From the IMG/VR virus record IMGVR_UViG_3300027776_000009: a stretch of DNA of 64,000 bases; one strand, written 5' to 3'. Under the pieces are notes generated by a model, which saw only the letters and a program-made list of their open reading frames with translations, had not been told where the DNA came from and searched no databases. The stretch comes from a virus. Taxonomy: Duplodnaviria; Caudoviricetes. The position numbers were made by a program, and so were the translations under genes. Of this stretch, positions 28,459 to 38,976 are shown piece by piece. How positions within the stretch are numbered: position 1 is the stretch's first letter; every line of letters starts with the position of its first letter.

Positions 28459-30654
28459 TTAGATCAGTGTGACCTGCGAGGTCATGTCAATACGTAGCAG
28501 CGGAGCTACACCAACGGGATGAATATCTTGGGGGGAGACTACACTCATGGGTAGAGTGATCCGTCCCGCTCCGTACGCTTCTGGTTTGCGATACCGCAAC
28601 GGCTTAAACCCGCTCACGATGGGTGGGTTTGTAGACATGCTGTACGCATACTGAACACTATAACTGCTGAATTGTTTCATGATCTCAATCACAGCTTCCT
28701 GAAGACGCCGAAGTCTGAGACTACTATCATCCACGTTTCCGGTTCCATTACGGACGAGTTCAGCCGCGAGTTGTTTGTAGAGCGCTTTCCGATCCGGACT
28801 GTCCTCGATTTCGGCGACACTGACACCATTCGTCGTAAACCAATCGGCATAGGACACTCCCGCACCTAGCTCACAAGGGAGATTATCCCAATACAGCTTA
28901 TGGAAAGCTTCCTCTGCTTCCCCACGTGCCACCGGATCACCAAACTGTGTAATCGAGAGATACCGTTCCTCCAACCGTTCGTGAAATTGGAGCGCTTTCT
29001 GAAAGAAAACGGTGGTGGATGTAAAGGTGTAAGTCGGATCCCCACTGAGCATCGTGGTTAAGAAACTGTCACTGATATCGTTGGACGTCACCACTGCCTT
29101 TAGCTCAGCCAGTGTAGGTTTAGCTGCGAACAGCGGATGCGGAATAACGCCGACTCCTCGGGGAATGTTGTGTACCCGTATCGTAGGAATATCGATCAAC
29201 GGATTATCCGTGTTGGCGCGATTAAAGCAGTAGACGGCTAAAATGAGCGCGTTCAGCGGAGTGAGCTGAAGTCTGTCTCCCGTAGCGGGATTCGTGGCAA
29301 ACACAGAGCCGTTAAACGTTCCACGGGAGGCACAAAAGATCCAGAAGTGCGCAATAAAGCTCGACAGCGGGAAAATACGCATATCCGTATCGTCCAGCAT
29401 TTCGGACTCTATTAACTTGACGGGGTACTTATCTCGCCCGGTTCTTGTCAGCGCGTGAACCATTTCGCTTTCAATAATATCCAGGTCACGGCCGTTTTCC
29501 CGAGCCAGCGGAATTTCCTTATCCAAGGTTTCACGAATCGTCAGAACGTCGTCCCCGGTGCCTACTTGACGGAAGTTAATGGCGGAGCGCTCAGCGAACG
29601 GTGTTGGGAATAAACTTTCAGGCATGTCGTCTACATTATGGCGCAGACTGTATCCCGATAACGGGACTTTGACAGGAGATGCCAGTTTTTCCACCAGTGT
29701 TTCAAAGGTGGATGTTTTCCCCATGTTTTTTTCTAGGTACCGAACATTCCGATATAGGAAAAGAGACTGCGGAAGAGGAAGACTAGGAATGTATTTAGCC
29801 AGTCGCCCGTGACTTTGCAGAAACTCTTGCACATGGTAGCTGTGCACTTCAGGAGTGTGACAGCGCTCAAGACGATGGTTCATAACTGCTAGCGGTAAAT
29901 GCGCCGCTAGGTTACCGATAAAGGACGCCAGATATAAATCGTTGACCAGGGCATATCCACCATTATACCATCGGACATAAGTGGAATCTACGTACCGTTG
30001 CAGCCCCTCAATGAGGGAGCTCTCGTTGGATTCCAACAAGGTTTGTTTGCTGCGTCCCGCATCTGTACGCGGTGTATAGGCATATCTACCATCAACCAAC
30101 TGACGGCGGTAATACCCGCCGCAGTATAGGATACAGCCGTCTGCGGCTGCAATAGCGATGGCGGTTGGTGTGGGATAGAGAATACCTAGGATTAGATCTT
30201 CAAAGTCAGGATAAACCGCAACCAGGTCCCGGTAATAATCTGTCCCATAGGCGTATTCGTTAGCGACCGCTACGTCACCTCCTTGATCGGGATCAATGTA
30301 GGCAAGTTCGAAATTGGTATAGATGGGACCTGAAGGTCCTGCGCGCTTTACCAACATCTTATCCGCTGAAACTCCCGGGGGGAGCCCAATAGGATTGCCG
30401 TCAATATCCGTGGAGAACAACTTGGCAGCAATGTTGATTGCCAATATACGGCTGCGATCACTAACGTGATATTCGCCCGCCAGATTCTGATAATATTTCC
30501 ACGAGCTCAGGTCTGCCGGATCATGTGTGCCGCCGTACCCGGCATCGCTCAAACCGTTATTGATAGCAACGGCCACCGCGTGGTGTTTGATAACAATCGT
30601 TTCCGCCAACTTCATTACGTCGGCACGATACAGCCGATACAGACTATTCGACAT
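28459..30654 (-). CDS. Baseplate structural protein (phiKZ gp128-like)
   Basis: WKYYQNLAGEYH, LILGILYP, FLYRNVRYL and QFSSYSVQY motifs. Divergent from the portal gene. Confidence 0.75.
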   Translation of the reverse strand: MSNSLYRLYRADVMKLAETIVIKHHAVAVAINNGLSDAGYGGTHDPADLSSWKYYQNLAGEYHVSDRSRILAINIAAKLFSTDIDGNPIGLPPGVSADKMLVKRAGPSGPIYTNFELAYIDPDQGGDVAVANEYAYGTDYYRDLVAVYPDFEDLILGILYPTPTAIAIAAADGCILYCGGYYRRQLVDGRYAYTPRTDAGRSKQTLLESNESSLIEGLQRYVDSTYVRWYNGGYALVNDLYLASFIGNLAAHLPLAVMNHRLERCHTPEVHSYHVQEFLQSHGRLAKYIPSLPLPQSLFLYRNVRYLEKNMGKTSTFETLVEKLASPVKVPLSGYSLRHNVDDMPESLFPTPFAERSAINFRQVGTGDDVLTIRETLDKEIPLARENGRDLDIIESEMVHALTRTGRDKYPVKLIESEMLDDTDMRIFPLSSFIAHFWIFCASRGTFNGSVFATNPATGDRLQLTPLNALILAVYCFNRANTDNPLIDIPTIRVHNIPRGVGVIPHPLFAAKPTLAELKAVVTSNDISDSFLTTMLSGDPTYTFTSTTVFFQKALQFHERLEERYLSITQFGDPVARGEAEEAFHKLYWDNLPCELGAGVSYADWFTTNGVSVAEIEDSPDRKALYKQLAAELVRNGTGNVDDSSLRLRRLQEAVIEIMKQFSSYSVQYAYSMSTNPPIVSGFKPLRYRKPEAYGAGRITLPMSVVSPQDIHPVGVAPLLRIDMTSQVTLI

Positions 30655-30697
30655 AACCCACTTCCTCTCACAACTTTTTTAACCCGGAGATTTCACC

Positions 30698-33454
30698 ATG
30701 AGTACCGGTGACCGTAAGGCACGCACCTTTGCTGACGTAGCCATTCCCGAAGCACTTTCCCCCAAGCCGCGTAAGTTGGCCAATATCCCTACCTTTAAGC
30801 GGAATACCGTAACGGAGGCGGTGACTCGTAAACTGGTTCAGTCGCGCTATATTAGCACGGGGCGAACCATGGGGGGGTCTACCTTTAGCGGTGCCCCGCC
30901 CGCTCAGTACATGGGGACTGTCGTTAGCAAAACCGCCACAAATGTGGTCGATGCAGAAAACATGCTGCAATTGCTGCCGGACCTAAATCTGGGAATGCAG
31001 ATCCTGATTGCCAGTATTCTTTCACCGGCTGATATGATGTCGTGCAAGCTGACATACAGTTTACGCTGTCGAGATCTGGACGACGTTGGCGTCCAGATGC
31101 TCGCAGAAACCCAAGAGTATTACGAGGGACCCTATAACATAACGAGCCGGCTGGAGCCTATCCTGAAGGACATTTTGTTCATGAAAGGCTGCTATCCGCT
31201 AGCGATTTTGCCGGAATCGGCTATTGATGACGCTATCAATTCCAATGCCAAGATCTCCATGGAATCCATGCGTGAAACCATGACGTCTCAGGGTTTGCCA
31301 GAATCTCTTGGCGTATTGGGAAATCCCGTGAAGATCGGTGGTGCATCCACGGTTCCGAAGAAGGGTATCGCGGCGTTTGGTATGGAAGCACTGACCGATA
31401 AGAAGAAGTCTCAATACCGGCATGAGGTTGACGGTGTCCCGACCTTGGTAGTCAGTGACAACCCGAACGTCCTGAAGTGGCCACTGGTACATCAACGCAT
31501 TACCGCGCAACGCGTGGGGGACGCACTCGGAAAAGAACGTGTGCATATTGTTGCCGGGATGGAGGATGCATCGCACCACAGCATCGATCCCACCACACTG
31601 GTCTATAAGCCTCGATCTTTCAATTACACTCCCGTACTGACGATCAAGTCCTTGGCGGAGTTGGAAAAAGAAAACGTGGGTAATCCGTTGGAGATTATCT
31701 TCCCGGCTGAAGCAGTCATTCCTGTTCATGTTCCCGGTTCTCCCGATCAGCACGTAGGCTACTTTGTAGTCTGTGATCGTTTTGGTAATCCCGTCAAGAC
31801 GAAAGTGTCGCAAGACTTCTATTCCCAAGTCCAAGACAACCAGACGATGATGCGAGAGATGTCATCTCAATTGTTGGCAACGACGCGGAGAGCTTCCGAA
31901 GGCCAGCAAGCTGCCAATGCGGAACTTACAATGGAGCAAGCCTCGGCCCTGTATACGGAAGTCGTCGAAAACGACCTACGCCAGCGGTTGACGAACGGAC
32001 TATACGGTGAAAACGTGGATATTTCTCGTCCGGAAGAAATCTATCGTATCATGTTTTCACGAGCGCTTCAGAACATGATGACCCAATTGGTCTTCATCCC
32101 AACGTCACAATTCGTCTATATGGCATTTGATTACAACGACTACGGGGTGGGGAAGTCACTGCTGGAAGACACCAAGATCTTAGGATCGATCCGGGCCATC
32201 TTGCTGTTTGCCAACACCATGGCAGCCATCAAGAACTCGGTTAATCACGTTAAAGTGAATCTCAAGCTGGATCCTGAAGATCCGGATCCAGATCGCACCG
32301 TGGAATACCTGATGCATGAGTTCGCGAAGACTCGTCAGGCATCTTATCCGTTGGGGACTTCCAATCCGGTTGACATGGTGAACTTCCTCCAAACCTACGG
32401 TGTTCAGGTGGTAACCTCGGGCCATGAAGGATATCCAGAAACTGAAATTGATTTGGAAGAACGTCAGGCAAATCAGGTTAAGGTAGATACAGATCTGGAA
32501 GAAGCCTTGAAGAAACGGCATCTGATGGGGATCCATATCCCGCCTGAGCTGGTGGATATCTCCATGGGGATGGATTTCGCTACGCCTTATATGAACAGCA
32601 ATGTGTTGCTGGCCAAACGAGGCGTCATGATTCAAGAGAAGTTTACCCCGTATCTGGAGGACTGGGTTCGCAAACACACGCTGGGGTCTGCTCCACGCAT
32701 GGAGAAACTCCTGAAGATCGCTGAAGAAGGTATCAAGAAAGCGGGTAATAAAACACCGCTGGGTCGAACGACACCTCGCGATCTCGTGCTGTACTTCTTG
32801 CAGAATCTGGAAATCTCTCTCCCGGCTCCTGACATCAAGCGGATGGAGAACCAAGCTCAAGAAGTTGAGCAGTACAGCGATCTCTTGGACAAGTGTTTAC
32901 CATCCATGATCTCGGCGGATATCTTCGACACTTCAGCGATTGGTGATCTCAGTCAGAACATCGAAACCATGACGAAGATCATTAAGGCGCGCTATATGAG
33001 ACGCTTCATGTCGCAGCGAAACATCTTGCCTGAGCTGGCAGAACTCACCAGCTTTACTGAAGATGAAGGTCCTGCATATGACGCCATGGAAGAGCATCTC
33101 AGTTATGTCAAGGGGATTACTTCCTCACTCAAGGGATTCTTGGTGCCAGCGTCTAAACTCGCTGAGAAGACCAAGGAGGCGCTTGATAAAGCCGGTGTAG
33201 GCGGAGGTGGGTTCTCTAGCGATACCTCGTCAGAATCGACAGATGAAGGCGGTGGTGAGGATGCGGGTGGCGGTGACGGGTTTGACCTGGGTGAGGATTT
33301 GGATGAAGATCTGAATGACGGGACTCAGGATGAAGATGTCACCAAGGACGCGGGTAATGAGGAAGCCGGTGGGGTGGAATCTGCAGAAGAGAAACCCGCA
33401 GAGGATAAACCGGAAGACGAAAAGCCGGAGGCTGAGGGCGAAAAAACAGAGTGA
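30698..33454 (+). CDS. Portal protein (phiKZ gp129-like)
   Basis: 918 aa with LLPDL...SILSP.D, EAVIPVHVPG.P..HVGYF and G.GKSLLE motifs, plus a long acidic C-tail. Syntenic position. Confidence 0.8.
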   Translation: MSTGDRKARTFADVAIPEALSPKPRKLANIPTFKRNTVTEAVTRKLVQSRYISTGRTMGGSTFSGAPPAQYMGTVVSKTATNVVDAENMLQLLPDLNLGMQILIASILSPADMMSCKLTYSLRCRDLDDVGVQMLAETQEYYEGPYNITSRLEPILKDILFMKGCYPLAILPESAIDDAINSNAKISMESMRETMTSQGLPESLGVLGNPVKIGGASTVPKKGIAAFGMEALTDKKKSQYRHEVDGVPTLVVSDNPNVLKWPLVHQRITAQRVGDALGKERVHIVAGMEDASHHSIDPTTLVYKPRSFNYTPVLTIKSLAELEKENVGNPLEIIFPAEAVIPVHVPGSPDQHVGYFVVCDRFGNPVKTKVSQDFYSQVQDNQTMMREMSSQLLATTRRASEGQQAANAELTMEQASALYTEVVENDLRQRLTNGLYGENVDISRPEEIYRIMFSRALQNMMTQLVFIPTSQFVYMAFDYNDYGVGKSLLEDTKILGSIRAILLFANTMAAIKNSVNHVKVNLKLDPEDPDPDRTVEYLMHEFAKTRQASYPLGTSNPVDMVNFLQTYGVQVVTSGHEGYPETEIDLEERQANQVKVDTDLEEALKKRHLMGIHIPPELVDISMGMDFATPYMNSNVLLAKRGVMIQEKFTPYLEDWVRKHTLGSAPRMEKLLKIAEEGIKKAGNKTPLGRTTPRDLVLYFLQNLEISLPAPDIKRMENQAQEVEQYSDLLDKCLPSMISADIFDTSAIGDLSQNIETMTKIIKARYMRRFMSQRNILPELAELTSFTEDEGPAYDAMEEHLSYVKGITSSLKGFLVPASKLAEKTKEALDKAGVGGGGFSSDTSSESTDEGGGEDAGGGDGFDLGEDLDEDLNDGTQDEDVTKDAGNEEAGGVESAEEKPAEDKPEDEKPEAEGEKTE

Positions 33455-33493
33455 CATAGTTCGGAGGGGGCGTTGCCCCCTCCGAGTATGCCG
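33453..33493. terminator. Bidirectional hairpin flanked by GACATA/TATGCCG
   Basis: TCGGAGGGGGC-GTT-GCCCCCTCCGA (33461-33485) between convergent genes. Confidence 0.75.
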
Positions 33494-33889
33494 TTAATCA
33501 TGCAACTTCCTTGCTTCCTCAGCACTAGGTAGCGGTGCTTCCTCAGCTTCTTCAATGGCAGTAATCTGACTGACTGAAAGATTATCCCGTGCCAGAATCT
33601 CTACCAGCACGGCATCTTGCACCGATTCGTTGGCACTATAGAACGCCTGAGGAACACGAACCAGTACTGTATCTTCCTTACTGCGACGGAGGAACCGTGA
33701 CTTGAAGGTAACACGCAGCACGACCCCGGAGTGGGGGCGTACACAGTTGCGAGTAGCTTTCACAACAGAACCTTCCCCGTGCTGCGCCTCGAACCAGATC
33801 GCTTTGACCTTATTGAACATAGAGCCGTTATTCCCACGGTTGAGTTGATAAAGTCCGTAGATGACCAGAATGGCGAAGAATGCGCCCAT
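33494..33889 (-). CDS. Hypothetical protein with N-terminal TM/signal anchor
   Basis: 131 aa ORF with hydrophobic N-terminus. SD GAGG. Confidence 0.65.
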   Translation of the reverse strand: MGAFFAILVIYGLYQLNRGNNGSMFNKVKAIWFEAQHGEGSVVKATRNCVRPHSGVVLRVTFKSRFLRRSKEDTVLVRVPQAFYSANESVQDAVLVEILARDNLSVSQITAIEEAEEAPLPSAEEARKLHD

Positions 33890-33891
33890 GA

Positions 33892-34095
33892 TTAACCTCT
33901 CTTGATGCGAGTTTTCGCATCACCTGTAGTGAGAAACACCCAGACACTCAACACCCCCATGCCGTACGCCATAATCAACAGCGCCGGAGCCGTTGGGGGT
34001 TGTTGAGTAACCAAGGACTGCAGTGTGCTAATTACCAAGCCAATAACGCTGGCAAACATCAGAGCAAACAACAGGAAACGCGCTAACTTACGCAT
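33892..34095 (-). CDS. Small two-TM membrane protein
   Basis: Two hydrophobic segments. Start MRKL with SD GGGG. Confidence 0.6.
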   Translation of the reverse strand: MRKLARFLLFALMFASVIGLVISTLQSLVTQQPPTAPALLIMAYGMGVLSVWVFLTTGDAKTRIKRG

Positions 34096-34669
34096 GGGAA
34101 ACCCCTTTATCCAGTTCGAGAAATACACGCATGGCCTTATAGCGCCGACGGTGCCAGCGGTGCCCTTTGACTAACCCCTTGGCTTTGTCGGCAATCTCTT
34201 GCGCTGGGTAGTAGCGGAAGGACTCCTTAATGGGGTCGTAGTCTCGAACATAGTAGCCCTCCAGAACACACACCGAGGGATCCGGGTGCTCTAGATAACG
34301 ACGCATGGCTGACCACTCACTCGACCGGGGGATCACTGCGGCGTAGCGCCGATACCCCATGGACGTTTCCAGACGAAACAGCGTTCCATTAACCGGATGT
34401 TCTTCCGTCCAGACATAGGACGTTATGGATTTCCAACTGGATACCCCATCGGCTTTGTAAACGACCCGTTCTTGATACGGTGTGCGGGGCGTGATAGTGA
34501 CCAATAGATCGCGCGCATTCCCCATTGTCATAGATTCCAATAACCACTTCGGGGGAACGGCGTTTCCGGGTGAGTTTATGGTCTTGCTACCGATATCGAT
34601 CTGGTGAGTCTGCCAGATTCGGTGCAATAAACTCGCTAACTCAACATTGTGATAGCGTTCTTCGAACAT
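34088..34669 (-). CDS. Hypothetical protein (193 aa)
   Basis: ORF with SD GAGG, coupled to the downstream gene. Confidence 0.65.
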   Translation of the reverse strand: MFEERYHNVELASLLHRIWQTHQIDIGSKTINSPGNAVPPKWLLESMTMGNARDLLVTITPRTPYQERVVYKADGVSSWKSITSYVWTEEHPVNGTLFRLETSMGYRRYAAVIPRSSEWSAMRRYLEHPDPSVCVLEGYYVRDYDPIKESFRYYPAQEIADKAKGLVKGHRWHRRRYKAMRVFLELDKGVSHA

Positions 34670-34720
34670 GATAACCTCTGCGGTATAAAAGCCGCCATAT
34701 GCTGGCGGCCTTGAGTGAGT

Positions 34721-35287
34721 TTAACAGCGGGGGGGTACAACACCAGTTTGTCCTTGATACTTACCGTTACGGTCCTTGTAGGAGATTTCGCAATCTTCAT
34801 CCGATTGGAAGAACAGCATTTGCGCAACCCCTTCATTAGCGTAGATCTTAGCCGGGAGGTTAGTGGTGTTGGAGAACTCCAGCGTCACATGTCCTTCCCA
34901 TTCGGGTTCCAGCGGTGTTACGTTTACCACTATCCCGCATCTGGCGTATGTTGACTTACCCAAACATACCGTCAACACGTCGCGGGGAATCTTGAAATAC
35001 TCCACAGTACGAGCCAGAGCAAAGCTGTTGGGAGGGATAATGCAGATATCCGACTGGACATCCACAAAACTCTTGGGGTCGAAGTTCTTGGGGTCCACCG
35101 TTGCTCCGAAGACGTTGGTAAACACCTTGAACTCATTGGCGCAGCGGACATCATACCCGTAGCTGGAGACGCCGTAGGAGATGACTTTCTCTCCCCCGTG
35201 GTGACGGACTTGAGCTGCGCAAAAGGGGTGGATCATACTGTGCTGCTCAGCCATACGGCGAATCCACTTGTCAGACTTGATACTCAT
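34721..35287 (-). CDS. dcd: dCTP deaminase
   Basis: [35 protein letters not shown] and KYQGQ motifs. Confidence 0.95.
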   Translation of the reverse strand: MSIKSDKWIRRMAEQHSMIHPFCAAQVRHHGGEKVISYGVSSYGYDVRCANEFKVFTNVFGATVDPKNFDPKSFVDVQSDICIIPPNSFALARTVEYFKIPRDVLTVCLGKSTYARCGIVVNVTPLEPEWEGHVTLEFSNTTNLPAKIYANEGVAQMLFFQSDEDCEISYKDRNGKYQGQTGVVPPRC

Positions 35288-35302
35288 CGTGTTCTCCTCT
35301 AC

Positions 35303-35325
35303 AAAAGGGGTGGGTACCCACCCCT
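35303..35325 (-). terminator. Palindromic hairpin with short U-tract
   Basis: AGGGGTGGGTACCCACCCCT with TTTT on the minus strand. TATGCCG lies on the plus side at 35332-35338. Confidence 0.6.
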
Positions 35326-35330
35326 AAGGT

Positions 35331-37259
35331 TTATGCCGTGTAGTCGCAGTGGTTGGTGATGACGTAGCCCTCGTAGAGAGCATTCGGGACCACGTAGAAG
35401 ACACCGCCATCCGAGGTAACTACCTTGTTATAACGTGCACTCGGTTGGAGCTGCGGGAAGATCGCGTCCAGCGCCTTAAACAGCCACGGAATGGATGACG
35501 GGGTAATGACTCCGATTTCGCTGGCGCAGGCCAAGGCAAGATCCGTTGTCGTTACGGGGAGCAGGATGACGTTATCCAGCGTCACGATGCAGTAAGTGTC
35601 CTTATCCCATTCAAACTCCACAAGCTCCTGCAAGACCTCGAACCGCAAGCAGTTAGCCACGGCTGTAGCAACCGTACGACATCCTTTCTGAAACAGGTCC
35701 TGCACGATTTCTTGCTCTTTATCAATTTCTGTCTCCAAAGAGCTCAGATCATCGATAAAGGACCCGATGGAAATATCCACATTCAACACCACGTTCACGT
35801 AGAAGTTCACGTAATTCGTGATGGCAGTATGGAGGAGTTCCCAGTAGTGCAATGGCAGGATCGGGGAGCGCAAACAGATCAGAATGGCTTTCATCTCGTT
35901 CCAGTTCTTACTGTTCGTCAGAGACTGCATGAGCGCCGATGTCTTGGTATCAGACACTGTCCAGAGCGACTGATTCGCCACGGTGTATGCAATCACAGCG
36001 TCTTCAACCCCAGAGTAGATCCCCGGAATATCGGACAGACGCGACTGCGCGGGAGCCCAGTAATCATCTTCATTGATCCCGGCGATGTACCCGTTCAGCA
36101 CCAGGTTACATTGGAGACCTTCCTTGATGGCGGCGTTGGTATCAGTGGACTGATCCTCGATGCGTTTGAGCAACGATTCCACTCGCTCCATTTGCTGCAA
36201 CCGTTCCGCGACAGCGTAGGCTGACTCTGTATCCGGCGTCGCGTCACGAACATCCGCGGTTCGGGAAACCAGTAACAGGTCAGTAGCATGGTCTTTGTAT
36301 TCCATCTTCTTGTCCTTAGCCTCGTCGGTAGTCACAATGGTGTTAAGATAGCCGTCGTCTTTCTTGACCCAGAAAGCCACTTGTTCACCCAGAATGTACA
36401 CCAATGGGTAAACATTCGGCGGGAGGTAGCCGTCTTGGAATGAGAGGGAGGTTTGTTGCACCAAGTTCTTCAACCGAGTATCTGGTGCGTTGGCGGGAGT
36501 TTTGGCATTGTTAGATTTGGGAGTTTCCTTCTCCACCCGCCCTGCTCGACCATGGGTGTAGGTTTCACCATTGTCATCATTACGTTCCTTACTCTGGGTC
36601 GAGTTGGGACCGTATCCTTCACGCCGACGACCACTTTCCTTATCACGACCAGCATCCCAACCGCGTCCACCACGAGCAGGCTCACGATTCCGATCCCGTC
36701 GATCATCCCGCCCTCGGTCGCCGCGATCATAGCGACTGGTGCGTGAATCACCGCGGCCGCGAGCGCGATCGCCGCCGCGTTCGCGATTGTAAAAGTTCTG
36801 AATATCTTCCGTGAGCCGATCATACGTCCGCATGGCGTCGTCCACTTTCCGAAGCTGTCCGTCTGTCAGATAGCGTTCCAGCTTCCGATCTGCATCCGCT
36901 TCCAAAGCCGCATACAGCATACCCACGATGTCGGCCGCTTTATCGCACAATTCCTCATCCGGGAGAGTGGAGCGCCGGGATTCGATATCCGCCAATTCAA
37001 CCACCATACGACACATGGTGTCAAAGTGACTGTTGTTGAATCCATTTTTGGCGGCCGTATAAAACAAGCTCTGACGCAGTACGGAGTCATTGGCCTGTTC
37101 CTGGATGACATGTTGCAGGGAACCCGCTGCAATGCGAACCAGCGGAGTCATCCCAGAATCCGGGAGGCGAAGACTGGGTACGTAAATCGGGTTATCTCGA
37201 ACATCACGATAAAGATCGCCCGGCTGAACATCGTCGAACGGTGTATCAAAGTTTGCCAT
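35331..37259 (-). CDS. Hypothetical protein (642 aa) with an R/G/D-rich disordered segment
   Basis: Long ORF with SD AGGAG, downstream of the nvRNAP subunit gene and with its own promoter-like motif. Confidence 0.8.
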   Translation of the reverse strand: MANFDTPFDDVQPGDLYRDVRDNPIYVPSLRLPDSGMTPLVRIAAGSLQHVIQEQANDSVLRQSLFYTAAKNGFNNSHFDTMCRMVVELADIESRRSTLPDEELCDKAADIVGMLYAALEADADRKLERYLTDGQLRKVDDAMRTYDRLTEDIQNFYNRERGGDRARGRGDSRTSRYDRGDRGRDDRRDRNREPARGGRGWDAGRDKESGRRREGYGPNSTQSKERNDDNGETYTHGRAGRVEKETPKSNNAKTPANAPDTRLKNLVQQTSLSFQDGYLPPNVYPLVYILGEQVAFWVKKDDGYLNTIVTTDEAKDKKMEYKDHATDLLLVSRTADVRDATPDTESAYAVAERLQQMERVESLLKRIEDQSTDTNAAIKEGLQCNLVLNGYIAGINEDDYWAPAQSRLSDIPGIYSGVEDAVIAYTVANQSLWTVSDTKTSALMQSLTNSKNWNEMKAILICLRSPILPLHYWELLHTAITNYVNFYVNVVLNVDISIGSFIDDLSSLETEIDKEQEIVQDLFQKGCRTVATAVANCLRFEVLQELVEFEWDKDTYCIVTLDNVILLPVTTTDLALACASEIGVITPSSIPWLFKALDAIFPQLQPSARYNKVVTSDGGVFYVVPNALYEGYVITNHCDYTA

Positions 37260-37296
37260 GGTGGTATGCTCCTACCTGTGTGAGTGTTGCAATTAA

Positions 37297-37309
37297 GTAG
37301 TACGTATGC
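37297..37309 (-). promoter_or_regulatory. Early-promoter-like motif GCATACGTACTAC
   Basis: Matches the repeated motif, about 38 nt upstream of ATG 37259. Confidence 0.55.
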
Positions 37310-37345
37310 GTAACGGACTCCATCCTTGGACTCCGTCGTCGCTTC

Positions 37346-38971
37346 TTACCGCCGGATACGGTCTTCCGTTCGAGCGGTTAACTCTTTCAAATCCGGATTA
37401 TGGACAACCGTCCATTCCTCATCCACGTGAACGTAGGGTGAGATACGGTTCCGACCCGTAGGCTCTCCTCCCGGGAGGATGTTGTACTGACCGACTTCAG
37501 CATAGCTAACATCCAGCAAACGAGTGGCATCCACCACAACCCGTCGATTACCGCCCTTACCCGATCCTCCATTACTTCCCTGTAAGACAATGTTAGCCGT
37601 CAACTTAAACGCCATACAGTCACCCGGGGTCATGATGGAGGTCACTTCCGGGTGATTGTAGTTGATCTGCTGGATCAGAGTGGGACTGAGGTAGCTGTTG
37701 ATGTGCTTGGTGATCTCTTGCTTATTCAGCGGTTTCTTCTTGCTGATGTTTTGCAAGGAATACATCATACCGAAGACGGCTTTGTTGATATCAATCAGTA
37801 GATACCGCATGATCATCAGACGTTTTCCATACATCGACGCCATGGATTGCGACGACTCCATCATCCGACGCGTGAAGGACTCATTGATGTGGGCAAAGAG
37901 ATCGTAGATGTTATCCACATAGACCCCAACGGACAACAGGGTGTTGCGGATCATACCGTCCACGTAATCGTCCAACGAAGCAATGTGGGCGTCAATCTTA
38001 TTCAACAACTTCCCAACGGCTTCGTCGGAGGAATAGATGACGTGCCCCAGCACCACTTTCCATAGCCGTGTATCATCCATGTATTCCGGCATCATCTGCG
38101 TAGGGAAATGATCCGCTACGTAGAAGAAACTCGCAATCATGTTCTCTACCGTTTCGTTGTACTCGGACTTTCGAACGGCCAGCATCACGCGGGTGGAGGC
38201 ATAATACGGATCACGCACCTTGTACGGGCGAACTCCTGAGGTTGAGCAAAGGTACCAGATATCTTCAGGATACTTGTCCAGCGTCATGTCTTCGACAAAC
38301 CCTACTTCTACCCGGGCATGGGCGTACTTCTGAAAGGAGTGCGTCAGTCCGTATTTGCAGAACAAGTAATGCACCAACGACGCATCCAGATTCATGACTT
38401 GCCGAGTCGTAGGTTTCTCAGCCGGAGTCTTCTTACTCGCGTGATAGACATTCGACCACACGACGTTCCCCATAATCCGCTCAACCCCCCGAGTGAAGGG
38501 ATGTCGCTTACGTTTGAAGTTCAGACGATCACGGTTCATGGGGATGAAGAGGTAATCGCTCCCCACGGAGATGGCTTTGTCAGACAAGACTGGTGAGATA
38601 CAGAACGAGGACCCCATGATCGTAATAAGCCCGCCCTCACGGACATAAGGCAGATACAAATGCGCAGGACGCAGCTCTTCTCCCTCCCAGCTAAAGATCA
38701 ACCGGGTTAAGTAGACATCGGATTTGCTGAACTCGAACTTTTGCTTGTTTCCGCGTTTAGCTGAAGCGTACGCATAGGCTTCCGCGGGTGTACAGCGCTC
38801 CAGACGTTCGAAGCGGAACCCTTCAGGAAAACCGGGTGCCGCACAGCGTATAACCTGTTCTACCCAGACCGGTGCATCCGGTACTTGGTAATAAGCCAAA
38901 CCGCGCGTAATGCGCTCGTTCATCTTCGGAATGTCCTTGTCTACTTCAGCAAAGATGCGGCTATAGGTCAT
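37346..38971 (-). CDS. Non-virion RNA polymerase beta subunit, N-terminal part (phiKZ gp123-like)
   Basis: LYLPYV, G..F.ISPVLSD, HYLFCKYG, SLDDYVD and P.GR.RISP motifs. Lies two genes downstream of the major capsid gene as in phiKZ. Confidence 0.8.
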   Translation of the reverse strand: MTYSRIFAEVDKDIPKMNERITRGLAYYQVPDAPVWVEQVIRCAAPGFPEGFRFERLERCTPAEAYAYASAKRGNKQKFEFSKSDVYLTRLIFSWEGEELRPAHLYLPYVREGGLITIMGSSFCISPVLSDKAISVGSDYLFIPMNRDRLNFKRKRHPFTRGVERIMGNVVWSNVYHASKKTPAEKPTTRQVMNLDASLVHYLFCKYGLTHSFQKYAHARVEVGFVEDMTLDKYPEDIWYLCSTSGVRPYKVRDPYYASTRVMLAVRKSEYNETVENMIASFFYVADHFPTQMMPEYMDDTRLWKVVLGHVIYSSDEAVGKLLNKIDAHIASLDDYVDGMIRNTLLSVGVYVDNIYDLFAHINESFTRRMMESSQSMASMYGKRLMIMRYLLIDINKAVFGMMYSLQNISKKKPLNKQEITKHINSYLSPTLIQQINYNHPEVTSIMTPGDCMAFKLTANIVLQGSNGGSGKGGNRRVVVDATRLLDVSYAEVGQYNILPGGEPTGRNRISPYVHVDEEWTVVHNPDLKELTARTEDRIRR

Positions 38972-38976
38972 CAGAC

